DNA of 64,000 bases, taken from positions 18,980-82,979 of IMG/VR virus record IMGVR_UViG_3300027838_000002. One strand, given 5' to 3'. Of the stretch, positions 28,417 through 37,855 are shown in pieces. Position 1 is the stretch's first letter, and each line of letters opens with the position of its first letter. Source of the DNA: a virus. Taxonomy: Duplodnaviria > Caudoviricetes. The notes under the pieces were generated by a model. It worked only from the letters and a program-made list of their open reading frames with translations, searched no databases and had not been told where the DNA came from. The translations under genes were made by a program, and so were the position numbers.

Positions 28417-29409
28417 TTACTCCTCAAATACGATTGCACGCGTGTGCTCTTTGGTTAGTGCTCCCGAGGTATTGGGTACTTGTCGGTCGATTTTGCGCGT
28501 GGGGAGCTGGCGGAGGGTGGCAGAGCTGGCAGCGAATTCCTCGTCGTTAACGGTGCTCTGAAGCGCACGAATCAGCTGCTCGGCGATCTGCGGATCGTCC
28601 GTAGCAATACGCACCAGCTTTCGTATGTAGTCTGCGCTGGTCCGCGCGTGCTTATTGGCTGTAATCTGCTCCCCGCGCGTTACCAGTGTTTCACCACTTA
28701 CCAGGTCGTAGGGCTTCCGTCGTTTATCTGTAGGCAGCACCACGCTGACATTAGGCTGGTGAAAACCTTGACGATCACACTGAAATACGAAACGACGATC
28801 CCGATTAGGAGATCCCCAGGCGTTTTGAAAACTGAAAAAAGCTTGCCCGCGTTCGCGCCATACCTGCACCGGGGAAAAGCAGTTAGCAACCTTTCGAAGA
28901 CCGCATTCGAACTGCGACCCGCTGCTACGTGAGATTACGCACGACCCGTCCGGCCGCCATACCACCACGTCACGCATTCGCCGCACCGATCCGAATGTAT
29001 ATGAAAATGCGATACGGCCGTTGGGAATAAGCCCCTCACGCACATACGCATTATCCACGGTAGTCGCATGCAGCTCAGCAGGTAATTGACTCACGTAAAT
29101 ACCTGGCCAGCTCCTGCGAGCTACGAGGACGGTGGCACGATTCTGCATATCACGCCGGTCCGGAAAATGCACCCCCATCGCGTTACTCTGCCGGACACCT
29201 GCGAATCGCCAGACCCGCATCTTTCTGTACAAGCTCGCATCGTCCATCTTGTACCTGCGAATCGCCGGTCGATGCAGCACCATCGGATCGCGGTTGCCGT
29301 CGAAGAGGGGCGTCGTGTGTAACGCCCCGCGACGGGAAGCTGACACATCCTGGTAGATAGCGAGAGCTTGTTCGTATGAGCGTACGGGGAACCTCAGCTT
29401 ACGTGTCAT
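28417..29409 (-). CDS. Hypothetical protein, paralogue of 29726..30787
   Basis: Shared VVWRPDGSCVIS and P.DKR..P blocks. Confidence 0.65.
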   Translation of the reverse strand: MTRKLRFPVRSYEQALAIYQDVSASRRGALHTTPLFDGNRDPMVLHRPAIRRYKMDDASLYRKMRVWRFAGVRQSNAMGVHFPDRRDMQNRATVLVARRSWPGIYVSQLPAELHATTVDNAYVREGLIPNGRIAFSYTFGSVRRMRDVVVWRPDGSCVISRSSGSQFECGLRKVANCFSPVQVWRERGQAFFSFQNAWGSPNRDRRFVFQCDRQGFHQPNVSVVLPTDKRRKPYDLVSGETLVTRGEQITANKHARTSADYIRKLVRIATDDPQIAEQLIRALQSTVNDEEFAASSATLRQLPTRKIDRQVPNTSGALTKEHTRAIVFEE

Positions 29410-29713
29410 TTAATAGCCCCGGAAGATTTTTCATGGCGAAGCCCAGACCACTGCCGTATTCAGGCTCAATTCCACGAGCAGGTAACTGATCCCAGTCAAT
29501 CACGACGTCGATTTTAACCGTACCAAGAGGAGCTATCTGAACGAAATCCAACGCAGCTTTGAGCTCCTCCTTAAACATCGGGCGCCCAAAATCACGTTGA
29601 TAAATTCCGTTGAGGATGTCCACCACACTGTCGTCAATCTTGGTGAGGCCCTCTAACAGATCTGCAACCTCATCCCCCATATACATTTCCTGGGTGATTT
29701 GCCACCAACCCAT
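29399..29713 (-). CDS. Hypothetical protein
   Basis: AAGGAG RBS. Confidence 0.6.
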   Translation of the reverse strand: MGWWQITQEMYMGDEVADLLEGLTKIDDSVVDILNGIYQRDFGRPMFKEELKAALDFVQIAPLGTVKIDVVIDWDQLPARGIEPEYGSGLGFAMKNLPGLLNDT

Positions 29714-29725
29714 GTGTTTGGCTCC

Positions 29726-30787
29726 TTATGCGTCTGTGAAATGAAATGCTCGACCAGTCTTCTTGCTGTAATCGAGTGGCTTACGTGTACTTGACGACAG
29801 ACCCGCCGCAGGGATCACTTCTGCTGCTGCGTGTATTCTCTGTCTCGTAGCAACCTGTTGTGCGTATTCACGCAGATCCGGATGCGCTAACAGCAATTCC
29901 GGTGACCGTCGCAGCGTGTACTGCAATGAGCGTATAGCGCGCGTCCGGCGGTTTGCCTGCCGTTGATTTTGTCGCACATCGTACTCTGATAGCAACTTCG
30001 TCAGGACCACGTCACGACCAAGTTTAAAGTCATGGCGAACGTATGACATCGAACTTATTGGTCGTTTCCGCTTGTCTGCCGGGATGATGAATCCCGAATT
30101 TCTTAGAGTTCCGTCGGCAGTTCGCGGGAGCCCTAGTAGATCCATGTGCTCCAGGTTACTCCCATCCCCCCGAACCCACGGAAAGTGGTAATGGTATTTG
30201 ATGTTCGGAACCCACTTGTCTGGGCTCTTTATCCAGAACTTATCATTGATCGTTATTTGCACACTGCCATATTTGGACCATATGTAGTGCACGGGAGTGA
30301 AGTTGTAGACGCAACTACGTGTACCGTTTTCCCCGTAAGCACACACTCTTTTAGAAATCACACAAGAGCCGTCAGGACGCCAGACAACGAGAGGTACTGG
30401 CGTCCGCGCGCTCGGCGCATAGGAGATCTCAAAGCGATCTCGCGGCACTTCTTCATCTGTCACGTAGTTGTCATCTATGTCTGACACACCAAGCAAGGCG
30501 GGAAGCTTATAGATGTACGTGTTACAGGGCCACTGATACCACCAGTTACTGGCGAGCCAATCTTTACTATGACCTCTGCAGCGCCATGATGACCGTGGCA
30601 ACTTAATAGGGTACCCGGCGCCACAGCGCATGTGCTTGCGAGTCTCGGAAAGAGACGCTGGGCGGTCGATGCACATCAACATGGTGTCGCCGCGCGGACC
30701 GATGCGCTGATTTCGAACTGCCGCTACTGAGTTGTCGTAGATCCTTTTGATGGCAGCGTAGTTCACTTTTGCTTTAGCATTATACAT
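29726..30787 (-). CDS. Hypothetical protein, paralogue of 28417..29409
   Basis: Shared VVWRPDGSCVIS block. Confidence 0.65.
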   Translation of the reverse strand: MYNAKAKVNYAAIKRIYDNSVAAVRNQRIGPRGDTMLMCIDRPASLSETRKHMRCGAGYPIKLPRSSWRCRGHSKDWLASNWWYQWPCNTYIYKLPALLGVSDIDDNYVTDEEVPRDRFEISYAPSARTPVPLVVWRPDGSCVISKRVCAYGENGTRSCVYNFTPVHYIWSKYGSVQITINDKFWIKSPDKWVPNIKYHYHFPWVRGDGSNLEHMDLLGLPRTADGTLRNSGFIIPADKRKRPISSMSYVRHDFKLGRDVVLTKLLSEYDVRQNQRQANRRTRAIRSLQYTLRRSPELLLAHPDLREYAQQVATRQRIHAAAEVIPAAGLSSSTRKPLDYSKKTGRAFHFTDA

Positions 30788-30807
30788 GCGTCACGACCCC
30801 ATGAAAG

Positions 30808-30841
30808 CAACCCGCCGTACCCACAAGGGCACGGCGGGTTG
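30808..30841 (-). terminator. Hairpin, possible terminator
   Basis: CAACCCGCCGT/ACGGCGGGTTG stem, intergenic. Confidence 0.5.
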
Positions 30842-30870
30842 TGAATCTGCATCTGACAATGTAACCCAGC

Positions 30871-31866
30871 TTACGCTTTTTTACGGCTGTGAAAACTGCA
30901 AGTCTCATCCAGGATACGTTGTACGGCTTCGGCCCTACTGTATCCGGAACTTGCTTCCTTGCTGTTGGAAGCTTTGATATGCAATCCTTCCGCCGTCAAC
31001 TTTTTCGCAGTAACAGCCTCGACGATACGATCACGTCTGATAAGTCTCCGCGCGGCCATATACCCTTCCAGCCAGCCTGCCGGACGCCGTTCGTTGTACC
31101 GCGTGAACTTGATAAAGCGATGCAGTCCGCCAATCACGTCTTCACGTACCGCATCATCTTCACCCTCCCACATGTCATGGATCATTGAAAGTACGGTAAT
31201 GATGAGCTCAGAGCCGCCGTCCTTGTACAGCCGCTCCAGCCGACTCAGTGCGCGGACATACGGCCACTTACCAGTAACACCGGGCTCCAGCGGGATATCA
31301 AACCCGGCAGCACACACGGCACTGTAAATGTCGACCGCAAACTGATTATCAGCCTTCAGGGCTGAGCGAAAGATTTCAATCTTGGTAAGACGTGTCTTAC
31401 GTGCGTTCAACTGGTGGAACAGGTTTGCCTCGAACTTTGCGCCGGTAGACGCAACGATTTCGACGTTTACCTTTGTCACGCCCAGTCGTAAGGCGGCCTC
31501 GATGCGCTGCTGCCCATCGATAATGTAAAGCCCTCCACTTTGTCGCTTACCTACGACAGGCGTGCTGAAGGCGTCCCAGTTGAAGTAGTCGATGATCTGA
31601 GCAACCTGGCGCTCAACGAGCTTACGCTGGTAGGAGTAATCAACCTGCAAATCAGTGACGGTAATGCACTGGTACCGGCCCTTGTGACTGGGTTGTGCAC
31701 TGACGCTGTTGATGTTTTCTACTTTCAGCTTAGTTGCTGCCCGTTTGTCCAGGCGATGCTCAGCCGGACTGAGCATCGCGTCATCCGTGCGCCGTAGCGC
31801 CCGCACGGCTTTCTTCTCTGGCTGTACCTGCACCCGCTGACGAAGTTTCTGTTTGCGCCGACTCAT
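30871..31866 (-). CDS. ParB/Srx-like N-terminal domain protein (DUF6551/DGQHR-like)
   Basis: LQVDYSYQRKL..V..I..F....YIIDGQQRIEAA..EANLFHQLN. Confidence 0.7.
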   Translation of the reverse strand: MSRRKQKLRQRVQVQPEKKAVRALRRTDDAMLSPAEHRLDKRAATKLKVENINSVSAQPSHKGRYQCITVTDLQVDYSYQRKLVERQVAQIIDYFNWDAFSTPVVGKRQSGGLYIIDGQQRIEAALRLGVTKVNVEIVASTGAKFEANLFHQLNARKTRLTKIEIFRSALKADNQFAVDIYSAVCAAGFDIPLEPGVTGKWPYVRALSRLERLYKDGGSELIITVLSMIHDMWEGEDDAVREDVIGGLHRFIKFTRYNERRPAGWLEGYMAARRLIRRDRIVEAVTAKKLTAEGLHIKASNSKEASSGYSRAEAVQRILDETCSFHSRKKA

Positions 31867-32539
31867 CTAACTGCTCCTCGAATTCTGCCAAGAACTGTTG
31901 CACATCTTTCCATACGATATGCGCCTGTTTTGTAGTAGTCACCATCCGCATCGCAGATGAAAATTCAAACGTAGCCGAGTCAAGTACCGTAGACAGTCGA
32001 CCTATTGGATGATTGTGTGTCAATTCTGCGGCTACAGCAGAAGTGTAAATAGTTAACTCCCGTGCGTGCTCGGACCTCGGTACAAACGAGCCACTTGCGT
32101 GGTAGTGGCCTTCATTACTTTCCACGGCTAATAGCTCATCCAGAGATGCATACAAGTCATTACCATCAGAACGCAAAACCTGCAGACTTTTTTCGCGTGC
32201 TTCGTAGAGACCTTGCTTTTTCTCGCGCTCACCGTCGATCTCGCTGTTCAGGGATTTGCATAACTTATCAATAGAGTCACGCATCCACGCACAACGATCT
32301 TCGAGCTTGGCGCACTCACTCTCGTATTCCTTTTTTTGCGCTTGCCATGTCAGTCCCAGCTCTTCCATCTGTTGCAATACGGACGTGACCCCCAGCCGTT
32401 CGTGCGCCTCGACGGTGGCTTCCTTTTTCAAGGAATTTATCAGCCCGGGTTCTGCAGATAGCAGCCGCGACCTAAGTACTTCGACCTGCTCGGTTATCTT
32501 GTATAGCCATTCACTCTTTTCTGCTTGTGTCAGCGCCAT
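31781..32539 (-). CDS. Coiled-coil hypothetical protein
   Basis: 252-aa helical, E/K-rich ORF. Confidence 0.55.
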   Translation of the reverse strand: MALTQAEKSEWLYKITEQVEVLRSRLLSAEPGLINSLKKEATVEAHERLGVTSVLQQMEELGLTWQAQKKEYESECAKLEDRCAWMRDSIDKLCKSLNSEIDGEREKKQGLYEAREKSLQVLRSDGNDLYASLDELLAVESNEGHYHASGSFVPRSEHARELTIYTSAVAAELTHNHPIGRLSTVLDSATFEFSSAMRMVTTTKQAHIVWKDVQQFLAEFEEQLDESAQTETSSAGAGTAREESRAGATAHG

Positions 32540-32548
32540 TTTTGCGCG

Positions 32549-33298
32549 CTAACCTCCTGATGGGTTCAAGTTATAGATTGACACCGCGGGGTGTTCGTCT
32601 TCGGCATCGGGTAAGAAGTCCTCCAATACCAGGTCATTTAACGCGATGCGCGCTTTGCCTGCCATCTGGTCAGCTCCCCAGTTGAGTTCAACGGTGAGCC
32701 TTTCAATCCAGTGGTAGTGGAAAACAAAACCCTGTCGAGACAGGGCTTTCATGGACATCCACAGTGCACGGTTGGCAACAGATTCATTGCTCGCCAATTC
32801 CACCGCTGTCCCCTGGTTTGCTATCACACGACTGTCTGTTACGACGTGTACGTTTAGTGGGCGCTTTTTAGTACCATCTTTCGCAATCTGTCCGCTGTAC
32901 CAAAGCATGGCATGCACGTACGCCATGAGTTCGCCAACATTCACCGTACCGGAGTTCATCGCGCCATACAGCATCTTCCGTGAGCGCGATAAACGATCAA
33001 TGAGAATACATGACCATCCGCAACCAATCCCCCAACCGTGCCCGGAACCATCACCAAATAACAGCACATCCCAGTCCCTGATGTTCAACTGATCAAGGAC
33101 TACACTGAGTGGCGTTCTTTCAGGTTTCCGGTTCTTCTTCTGTCGTTTGCGGGATCGTTGCAGCAAGCTCTTCGAGAGTTGTGATTTTTCTCCCGAGGTC
33201 TTCGATGATCTTTTCTTTTTCCGTGATAGTTTCTTGGCGCTCATTAATGACCTTTGCTTGCTGATCAGCGGTTTCCCCTGCGGCGAAGAGTAATTCAT
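32549..33298 (-). CDS. Ribonuclease HI-like protein
   Basis: LFGDGSG, NVGELMA, VVTDS, HWI, N..AD.MA catalytic D-E-D-D pattern; true start probably downstream of 33120. Confidence 0.8.
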   Translation of the reverse strand: MNYSSPQGKPLISKQRSLMSAKKLSRKKKRSSKTSGEKSQLSKSLLQRSRKRQKKNRKPERTPLSVVLDQLNIRDWDVLLFGDGSGHGWGIGCGWSCILIDRLSRSRKMLYGAMNSGTVNVGELMAYVHAMLWYSGQIAKDGTKKRPLNVHVVTDSRVIANQGTAVELASNESVANRALWMSMKALSRQGFVFHYHWIERLTVELNWGADQMAGKARIALNDLVLEDFLPDAEDEHPAVSIYNLNPSGG

Positions 33299-33590
33299 GA
33301 AACTTGCTTGTTTGATACTCTAACGCTCGCACCATTCGATCTGTCACCAACAATATGTGGTGTGGTGACATGCCAACACCTTCTCGTGTTATGTATATTG
33401 CTGGCACCAATTCCTGCTGCGGTACGCTCCACGCAGGTACGACCGTCAGTACTTCCAATTCAGGCACGTCCTGAACTAGCTCACTGGCAAACTCGAACAC
33501 GCGCCGAATGACTTCCTGGTCAAATCGTTCACGTTGTGCTGGAGACTCGTCCTTGGTAGTCTGTTGTTCTTCCGGCGTTTCTTCAGGCAT
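33120..33590 (-). CDS. Hypothetical protein
   Basis: AGGAG RBS; C-terminal coiled coil. Confidence 0.6.
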   Translation of the reverse strand: MPEETPEEQQTTKDESPAQRERFDQEVIRRVFEFASELVQDVPELEVLTVVPAWSVPQQELVPAIYITREGVGMSPHHILLVTDRMVRALEYQTSKFHELLFAAGETADQQAKVINERQETITEKEKIIEDLGRKITTLEELAATIPQTTEEEPET

Positions 33591-33599
33591 ATTGCTCTC

Positions 33600-33917
33600 C
33601 TAGTATCTGAGATTTGCTGGGAGCACGGCATTCAGGACAGTCGATACCCTGAGTGCGGCGAGTCCGTAGATCGGGAGTTTTACGATATCGTCCCACGGAC
33701 CCGGTAGGAAGCATGAAATCAGCAAAAGTAGGCAAAGCATCCACGCAACATGGTGCGACAAGCAGAACGGGCAATTGAACAGCTCAGCAAGCTTACTGCC
33801 CTGCTCTTCCTTGACTTCCAAATATGCGCGCGTGCTGGCAAAAACGCTACCATTGAACCAGGTGTCACAAACCTGGCCAATGGACAGCGCAAGGCAGATC
33901 AGATCGAGAATTGACAC
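33600..33917 (-). CDS. DUF1360-like membrane protein
   Basis: LAELFNCPFCLSHH flanked by hydrophobic helices. Confidence 0.6.
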   Translation of the reverse strand: MSILDLICLALSIGQVCDTWFNGSVFASTRAYLEVKEEQGSKLAELFNCPFCLSHHVAWMLCLLLLISCFLPGPWDDIVKLPIYGLAALRVSTVLNAVLPANLRY

Positions 33918-33926
33918 GGCTACCGC

Positions 33927-34133
33927 CTATTTGTGTCTCGATTGTTTGTATTCGTCATACGTGGCCATCGTGCGTTCACCGTTACCTTCTGCCCGATTAT
34001 GCAACTTCAACAGAAGCCACAACACAAGTACAATTGCAAAGACTGGCATCCCACTTCCACCTACCAGCATAAACCCGCCAACAACAAACCACACTGCTAC
34101 CACCCAAAAACTGTTCAACTCAACTACCTCCAC
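33927..34133 (-). CDS. Small membrane protein
   Basis: Two hydrophobic segments; GGAGG RBS. Confidence 0.55.
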   Translation of the reverse strand: MEVVELNSFWVVAVWFVVGGFMLVGGSGMPVFAIVLVLWLLLKLHNRAEGNGERTMATYDEYKQSRHK

Positions 34134-34329
34134 CCTCCTCGAACCAGGGGTCTGTTACTTGGTTAGTATCAGGCCCCGTCGTGTTGGTTAGCTCTGGAGG
34201 AAAACTTGTCGGATACGTGTGAATACGGTTACCGGACTCGTTGTACTCGGACGTTGGACCACGGCGAGTGTCCACGAGTCGTTTACGCTCACGGTACAGT
34301 CGAGCGCTTTTGCCGATATTGACTGGCAT
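34120..34329 (-). CDS. Hypothetical protein
   Basis: Colinear small ORF. Confidence 0.45.
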   Translation of the reverse strand: MPVNIGKSARLYRERKRLVDTRRGPTSEYNESGNRIHTYPTSFPPELTNTTGPDTNQVTDPWFEEGGGS

Positions 34330-34390
34330 GTTAAACCTTTCTACGGTTCAAAGAGGAGGATGCCGCGCACCCTTTAGTAGCGGCATATTA

Positions 34391-34642
34391 TCAATAATCC
34401 TCTTCGATTGTAACAATTTCCCGTACGATGGTCGTCCGACGTCGCTTAGGTTGTTGCGACCTAAGCTGCTGTCGATTTCGCGAGCGTCCCTGCTTCGCAA
34501 GTGGTTCCGACTTCTTACGTGAAAGTGCCTTGAACGGTGTCGTAACAACATCAACCGCCCAACTTGCTAAGAACTCGATTCCGTCTTCCAATCCCTGTAA
34601 ATCTGACGGGCCCTCATTCTTGTAACGGGACAGATCGGACAT
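34391..34642 (-). CDS. Hypothetical protein
   Basis: MSDLSRYK... with GAGGAGG RBS. Confidence 0.55.
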   Translation of the reverse strand: MSDLSRYKNEGPSDLQGLEDGIEFLASWAVDVVTTPFKALSRKKSEPLAKQGRSRNRQQLRSQQPKRRRTTIVREIVTIEEDY

Positions 34643-36515
34643 GGTAACGTCCTCCTCTGCTTCACGGAACGTAGCCGACATCGTAGCATCGTTCCAAAAT
34701 GATGTAACTGGAGCGCAAGATCTCGGTCTACTGGAGCGCGTAGTTGGACTACGCTCCATGGCCGATCTCCGATGTCTACCCTCCATCGTCCCAATTTTGC
34801 CGCTACTGCTTAATCTGAAGGGAAAGCCGTATACTTTAGAGCAGCACTTCCCATTTAAGCAGTTGTTCCGGAACCACCAACCTCGGCGGGTGGTACTCAA
34901 AACGGGACGTCAGGTATCAAAATCAACGAGCCTGGCAGCGCATGGAGTCGTCGTGTCGAATATGCACGACCACTTCTCCACGCTGTACATTACGCCATTG
35001 TACGAGCAGATTCGTCGATTCTCCAACAACTACGTACGACCATTTGTCGATGAAAGTCCGGTGAAAAATTCGTGGCTGGAGGGCGCGGGATCTGAGCAGT
35101 CTGTGCTCCAGCGCAGCTTCAAGAATAGATCCAGAATGATCTTCTCGTTCGCGCTACTAGACGCCGACCGCATACGTGGTATCCAGGCAGACAAGGTAGC
35201 GATTGACGAAGTGCAGGACATGGACCCTGCGCACATCCCAATTATTCATGAAACCATGTCGGCATCTCCGCATGACCTTGCCCAATACACAGGAACCCCG
35301 AAGACATTGGACAACGCTATCGAAGGGCTGTGGCAGCAAAGTAGCCAAGCCGAATGGTTTATGCGCTGCAATAGCTGTAACACGTGGAATATTCCTTCGA
35401 TGGATTACCACGTGGACAAAATGATCGGGCCAGTCCGCGAAGACATCAGCGCCGATAATCCCGCGGTGGTGTGCTACTCTTGCCAAAAATCCCTCCACCC
35501 CAGGCAAGGACGATGGGTGCATCGCTACCCTGACAAGCGGTGGGATTTTGCAGGGTACCATGTGCCTCAGATCATAATGCCGCTTCACTATTCCAATGCC
35601 GACAAATGGTCAACTCTGCTCGGTAAGCGTGACGGCTGGGGCAGCACGTCACCAAATATCTTCTACAACGAAGTACTGGGTGAAAGCTACGATGTTGGCC
35701 AGAAACTGGTCAGTCTATCGGAGCTCAAAAAAGCTGCATCGTTGCCGTGGAAAAACAATCCGGATGAGCCCGATCCGCAGGCACTTAGCTCGGCGAAGCA
35801 GTATGCAAACCTGGTGCTGGCAATTGACTGGGGCGGTGGTGGAATAGAGGGTGTCAGCTTCACTACTATCGCCGTGCTGGGATGGTCAAGTGGGAAGATT
35901 GACTGCCTATGGGGTAAGCGACTACTGACTCCGCATGATCACGTCGGCGAAGCAATGGAGTGCCTCAAGTGGTTCAAGACGTTCGGTTGTCAATACATCG
36001 CTCATGACTACACAGGTGCTGGCACCGTACGTGAGACGATCATGGTGCAACAGGGTTTCCCTATCAGTCGCCTGCTGCCAATATCCTACGTGCGCGCCGC
36101 CACACATGCGCCCATGTATCACGTACCAGCAACAGTGTTACACCCTCGGGATCATTACCGGGTAGACAAGACCCGAACGCTCCTGTACACCACCACGTCT
36201 ATCAAGCTGGGCCATATACGATTCTTCCAGTACGACCACGAAAACGTCGATAATCCTGGCCTACTCCACGACTTCCTGGCCCTGGTGGAAACGAAGACCG
36301 CATCACGGCAAGCCAGTGACATCTACACGATCACCAGGGCTGCCGGTGTATCCGATGACTTCGCGCAGGCTATGAACATCGGATGTGCTTCGCTTTGGCA
36401 CGTCACTCAATCCTGGCCAAAGTTTGCAGGGGCAGCGCCGCTCACATCAGCTCAGGTTGAGGCGGCAACAGACAGGCGAGAGGATGTGATGGGCGGCTAC
36501 GGGGCTATTCCATAA
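34641..36515 (+). CDS. terL: Terminase large subunit (GpA-like)
   Basis: LKTGRQVSKST (Walker A), IDEVQD (Walker B), TGTPKT, CxxC pairs, FYNEVLGESY, AIDWG and DDFAQA nuclease residues; start may lie further downstream. Confidence 0.88.
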   Translation: MVTSSSASRNVADIVASFQNDVTGAQDLGLLERVVGLRSMADLRCLPSIVPILPLLLNLKGKPYTLEQHFPFKQLFRNHQPRRVVLKTGRQVSKSTSLAAHGVVVSNMHDHFSTLYITPLYEQIRRFSNNYVRPFVDESPVKNSWLEGAGSEQSVLQRSFKNRSRMIFSFALLDADRIRGIQADKVAIDEVQDMDPAHIPIIHETMSASPHDLAQYTGTPKTLDNAIEGLWQQSSQAEWFMRCNSCNTWNIPSMDYHVDKMIGPVREDISADNPAVVCYSCQKSLHPRQGRWVHRYPDKRWDFAGYHVPQIIMPLHYSNADKWSTLLGKRDGWGSTSPNIFYNEVLGESYDVGQKLVSLSELKKAASLPWKNNPDEPDPQALSSAKQYANLVLAIDWGGGGIEGVSFTTIAVLGWSSGKIDCLWGKRLLTPHDHVGEAMECLKWFKTFGCQYIAHDYTGAGTVRETIMVQQGFPISRLLPISYVRAATHAPMYHVPATVLHPRDHYRVDKTRTLLYTTTSIKLGHIRFFQYDHENVDNPGLLHDFLALVETKTASRQASDIYTITRAAGVSDDFAQAMNIGCASLWHVTQSWPKFAGAAPLTSAQVEAATDRREDVMGGYGAIP

Positions 36516-36517
36516 AA

Positions 36518-36739
36518 CACGCGCGGTAGTTGGTACTCGCGAGGAGTTTGGTTACACACCAATATCATGGTACTCACTCAGAACTTGGTTGCACGCAGCT
36601 AGCATGGTACTCGCCTCTGCCGTGGTTGCACGTGCTTCTTTTGGCACTCTCCCCGCACCTGGTTGCACATTCCCCTATTGGTACTCTTCTCGAACCTGGT
36701 TGCACGCACGCAGATTGGTACTCGCTCGTGGTTTGGTTA
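36518..36739 (-). repeat. TIGR-like dual-repeat array 2a (6 units)
   Basis: 10-mer at 36531, 36568, 36605, 36642, 36679, 36716. Confidence 0.9.
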
Positions 36740-36835
36740 CTGCTTCCTGCGCCCGTACCTACAGATGATCAGCGTCGTTATCACGACACAGGCACAGATG
36801 AGCAGGGTCTTCAGGACTTCAGGTGAAACACACAT
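36737..36835 (-). CDS. 32-aa single-TM peptide embedded in the array
   Basis: MCVSPEVLKTLLICACVVITTLIICRYGRRKQ; hydrophobic core and basic tail; absent from the ORF track. Confidence 0.55.
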   Translation of the reverse strand: MCVSPEVLKTLLICACVVITTLIICRYGRRKQ

Positions 36836-36976
36836 CTACTATGGTACTCGCAAGTTTTGTGGTTGCACGCATCGATCGTGGTACTCGCGTCGATGGTGGT
36901 TGCACGCGCTTCTTTTGGTACTCGCGCGACGCCTGGTTGCACGCGATACGCATGGTACTCGCTCGATCAATGGTTA
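36829..36976 (-). repeat. TIGR-like dual-repeat array 2b (4 units)
   Basis: 10-mer at 36842, 36879, 36916, 36953. Confidence 0.9.
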
Positions 36977-37591
36977 TTGACACCATTCGGAATCCCAGAT
37001 CATCTCCACATTCTCACCGTGCAGGATTCCAGTGGGTGAGATGTACGGGCGCCCCAGCCCGATCAGGTCTTCGTACGAGACCTTGAGCCGCTTCTCGGGG
37101 TCGCTGGCTACCACTAGTTCCGAGCAATACAGCGCTTTCACGCCCAGCTCGAACTTGTTGTCGTAGTCCAGGCCCTCAAACGTCAGGCAGGTTTCGACGA
37201 CCTTCTTGACATACTCGCCATCCCAGTCCGTACAGCGCAGGATGACAACCCTGTCTGCCTCGTGGCAGATGTCGTAGAACTCGGACTTCTTGTAGCCGAC
37301 GCGTGTCATTTCGGCAACTTCGAAGCCGCGCTCTGGTGACTTGCTGAGGCACAGCGCAGCGTGAGGCAGTTCCCCCGGGATGATGAAGCTGGTGAGCTTC
37401 CAGTTGTCCTTGGTCAGGAGAATGTCACCTACGCGCAGCAGCTCAAAGCCTTCCCGGTACGTGAAGCCGCGGATGGCGCTGTAGTACGTGTTGAAACGCA
37501 CGTACGGGATCTTGTCGAGGATCCAGTTGTAGAGCCATGTTTCCATGGCCCAGAAGGCAAATCGTGACCAGAGGCTACGTAAGAGTTGCAT
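36974..37591 (-). CDS. Permuted papain-like NlpC/P60 amidase (YiiX/YebB-like)
   Basis: GDILL, HAALC, YD..F....LYCSELV, ISP. Confidence 0.8.
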   Translation of the reverse strand: MQLLRSLWSRFAFWAMETWLYNWILDKIPYVRFNTYYSAIRGFTYREGFELLRVGDILLTKDNWKLTSFIIPGELPHAALCLSKSPERGFEVAEMTRVGYKKSEFYDICHEADRVVILRCTDWDGEYVKKVVETCLTFEGLDYDNKFELGVKALYCSELVVASDPEKRLKVSYEDLIGLGRPYISPTGILHGENVEMIWDSEWCQ

Positions 37592-37596
37592 AGATT

Positions 37597-37855
37597 CACG
37601 CTGCTATTGTGGTACTCGCTGATATCATGGTTGCACGCATTTCTATTGGTGCTCGCCCAGGCACTGGTTGCACGCTTGTTTTTTGGTACTCGCGCGGGTC
37701 CAGGTTGCGCGCCGTCTTCATGGTACTCGCTGCTGGATTGGTTGCACGCTGTGATCGTGGTACACGCGGGTCTGTTGGTTGCACTCTGGGACCGTGGTAC
37801 TCGCGCCGAGTTTGGTTGCACGCAGATATGTTGGTACTCACCAATACTATGGTTA
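37597..37855 (-). repeat. TIGR-like dual-repeat array 3 (7 units)
   Basis: 10-mer at 37610+37n up to 37832. Confidence 0.9.
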
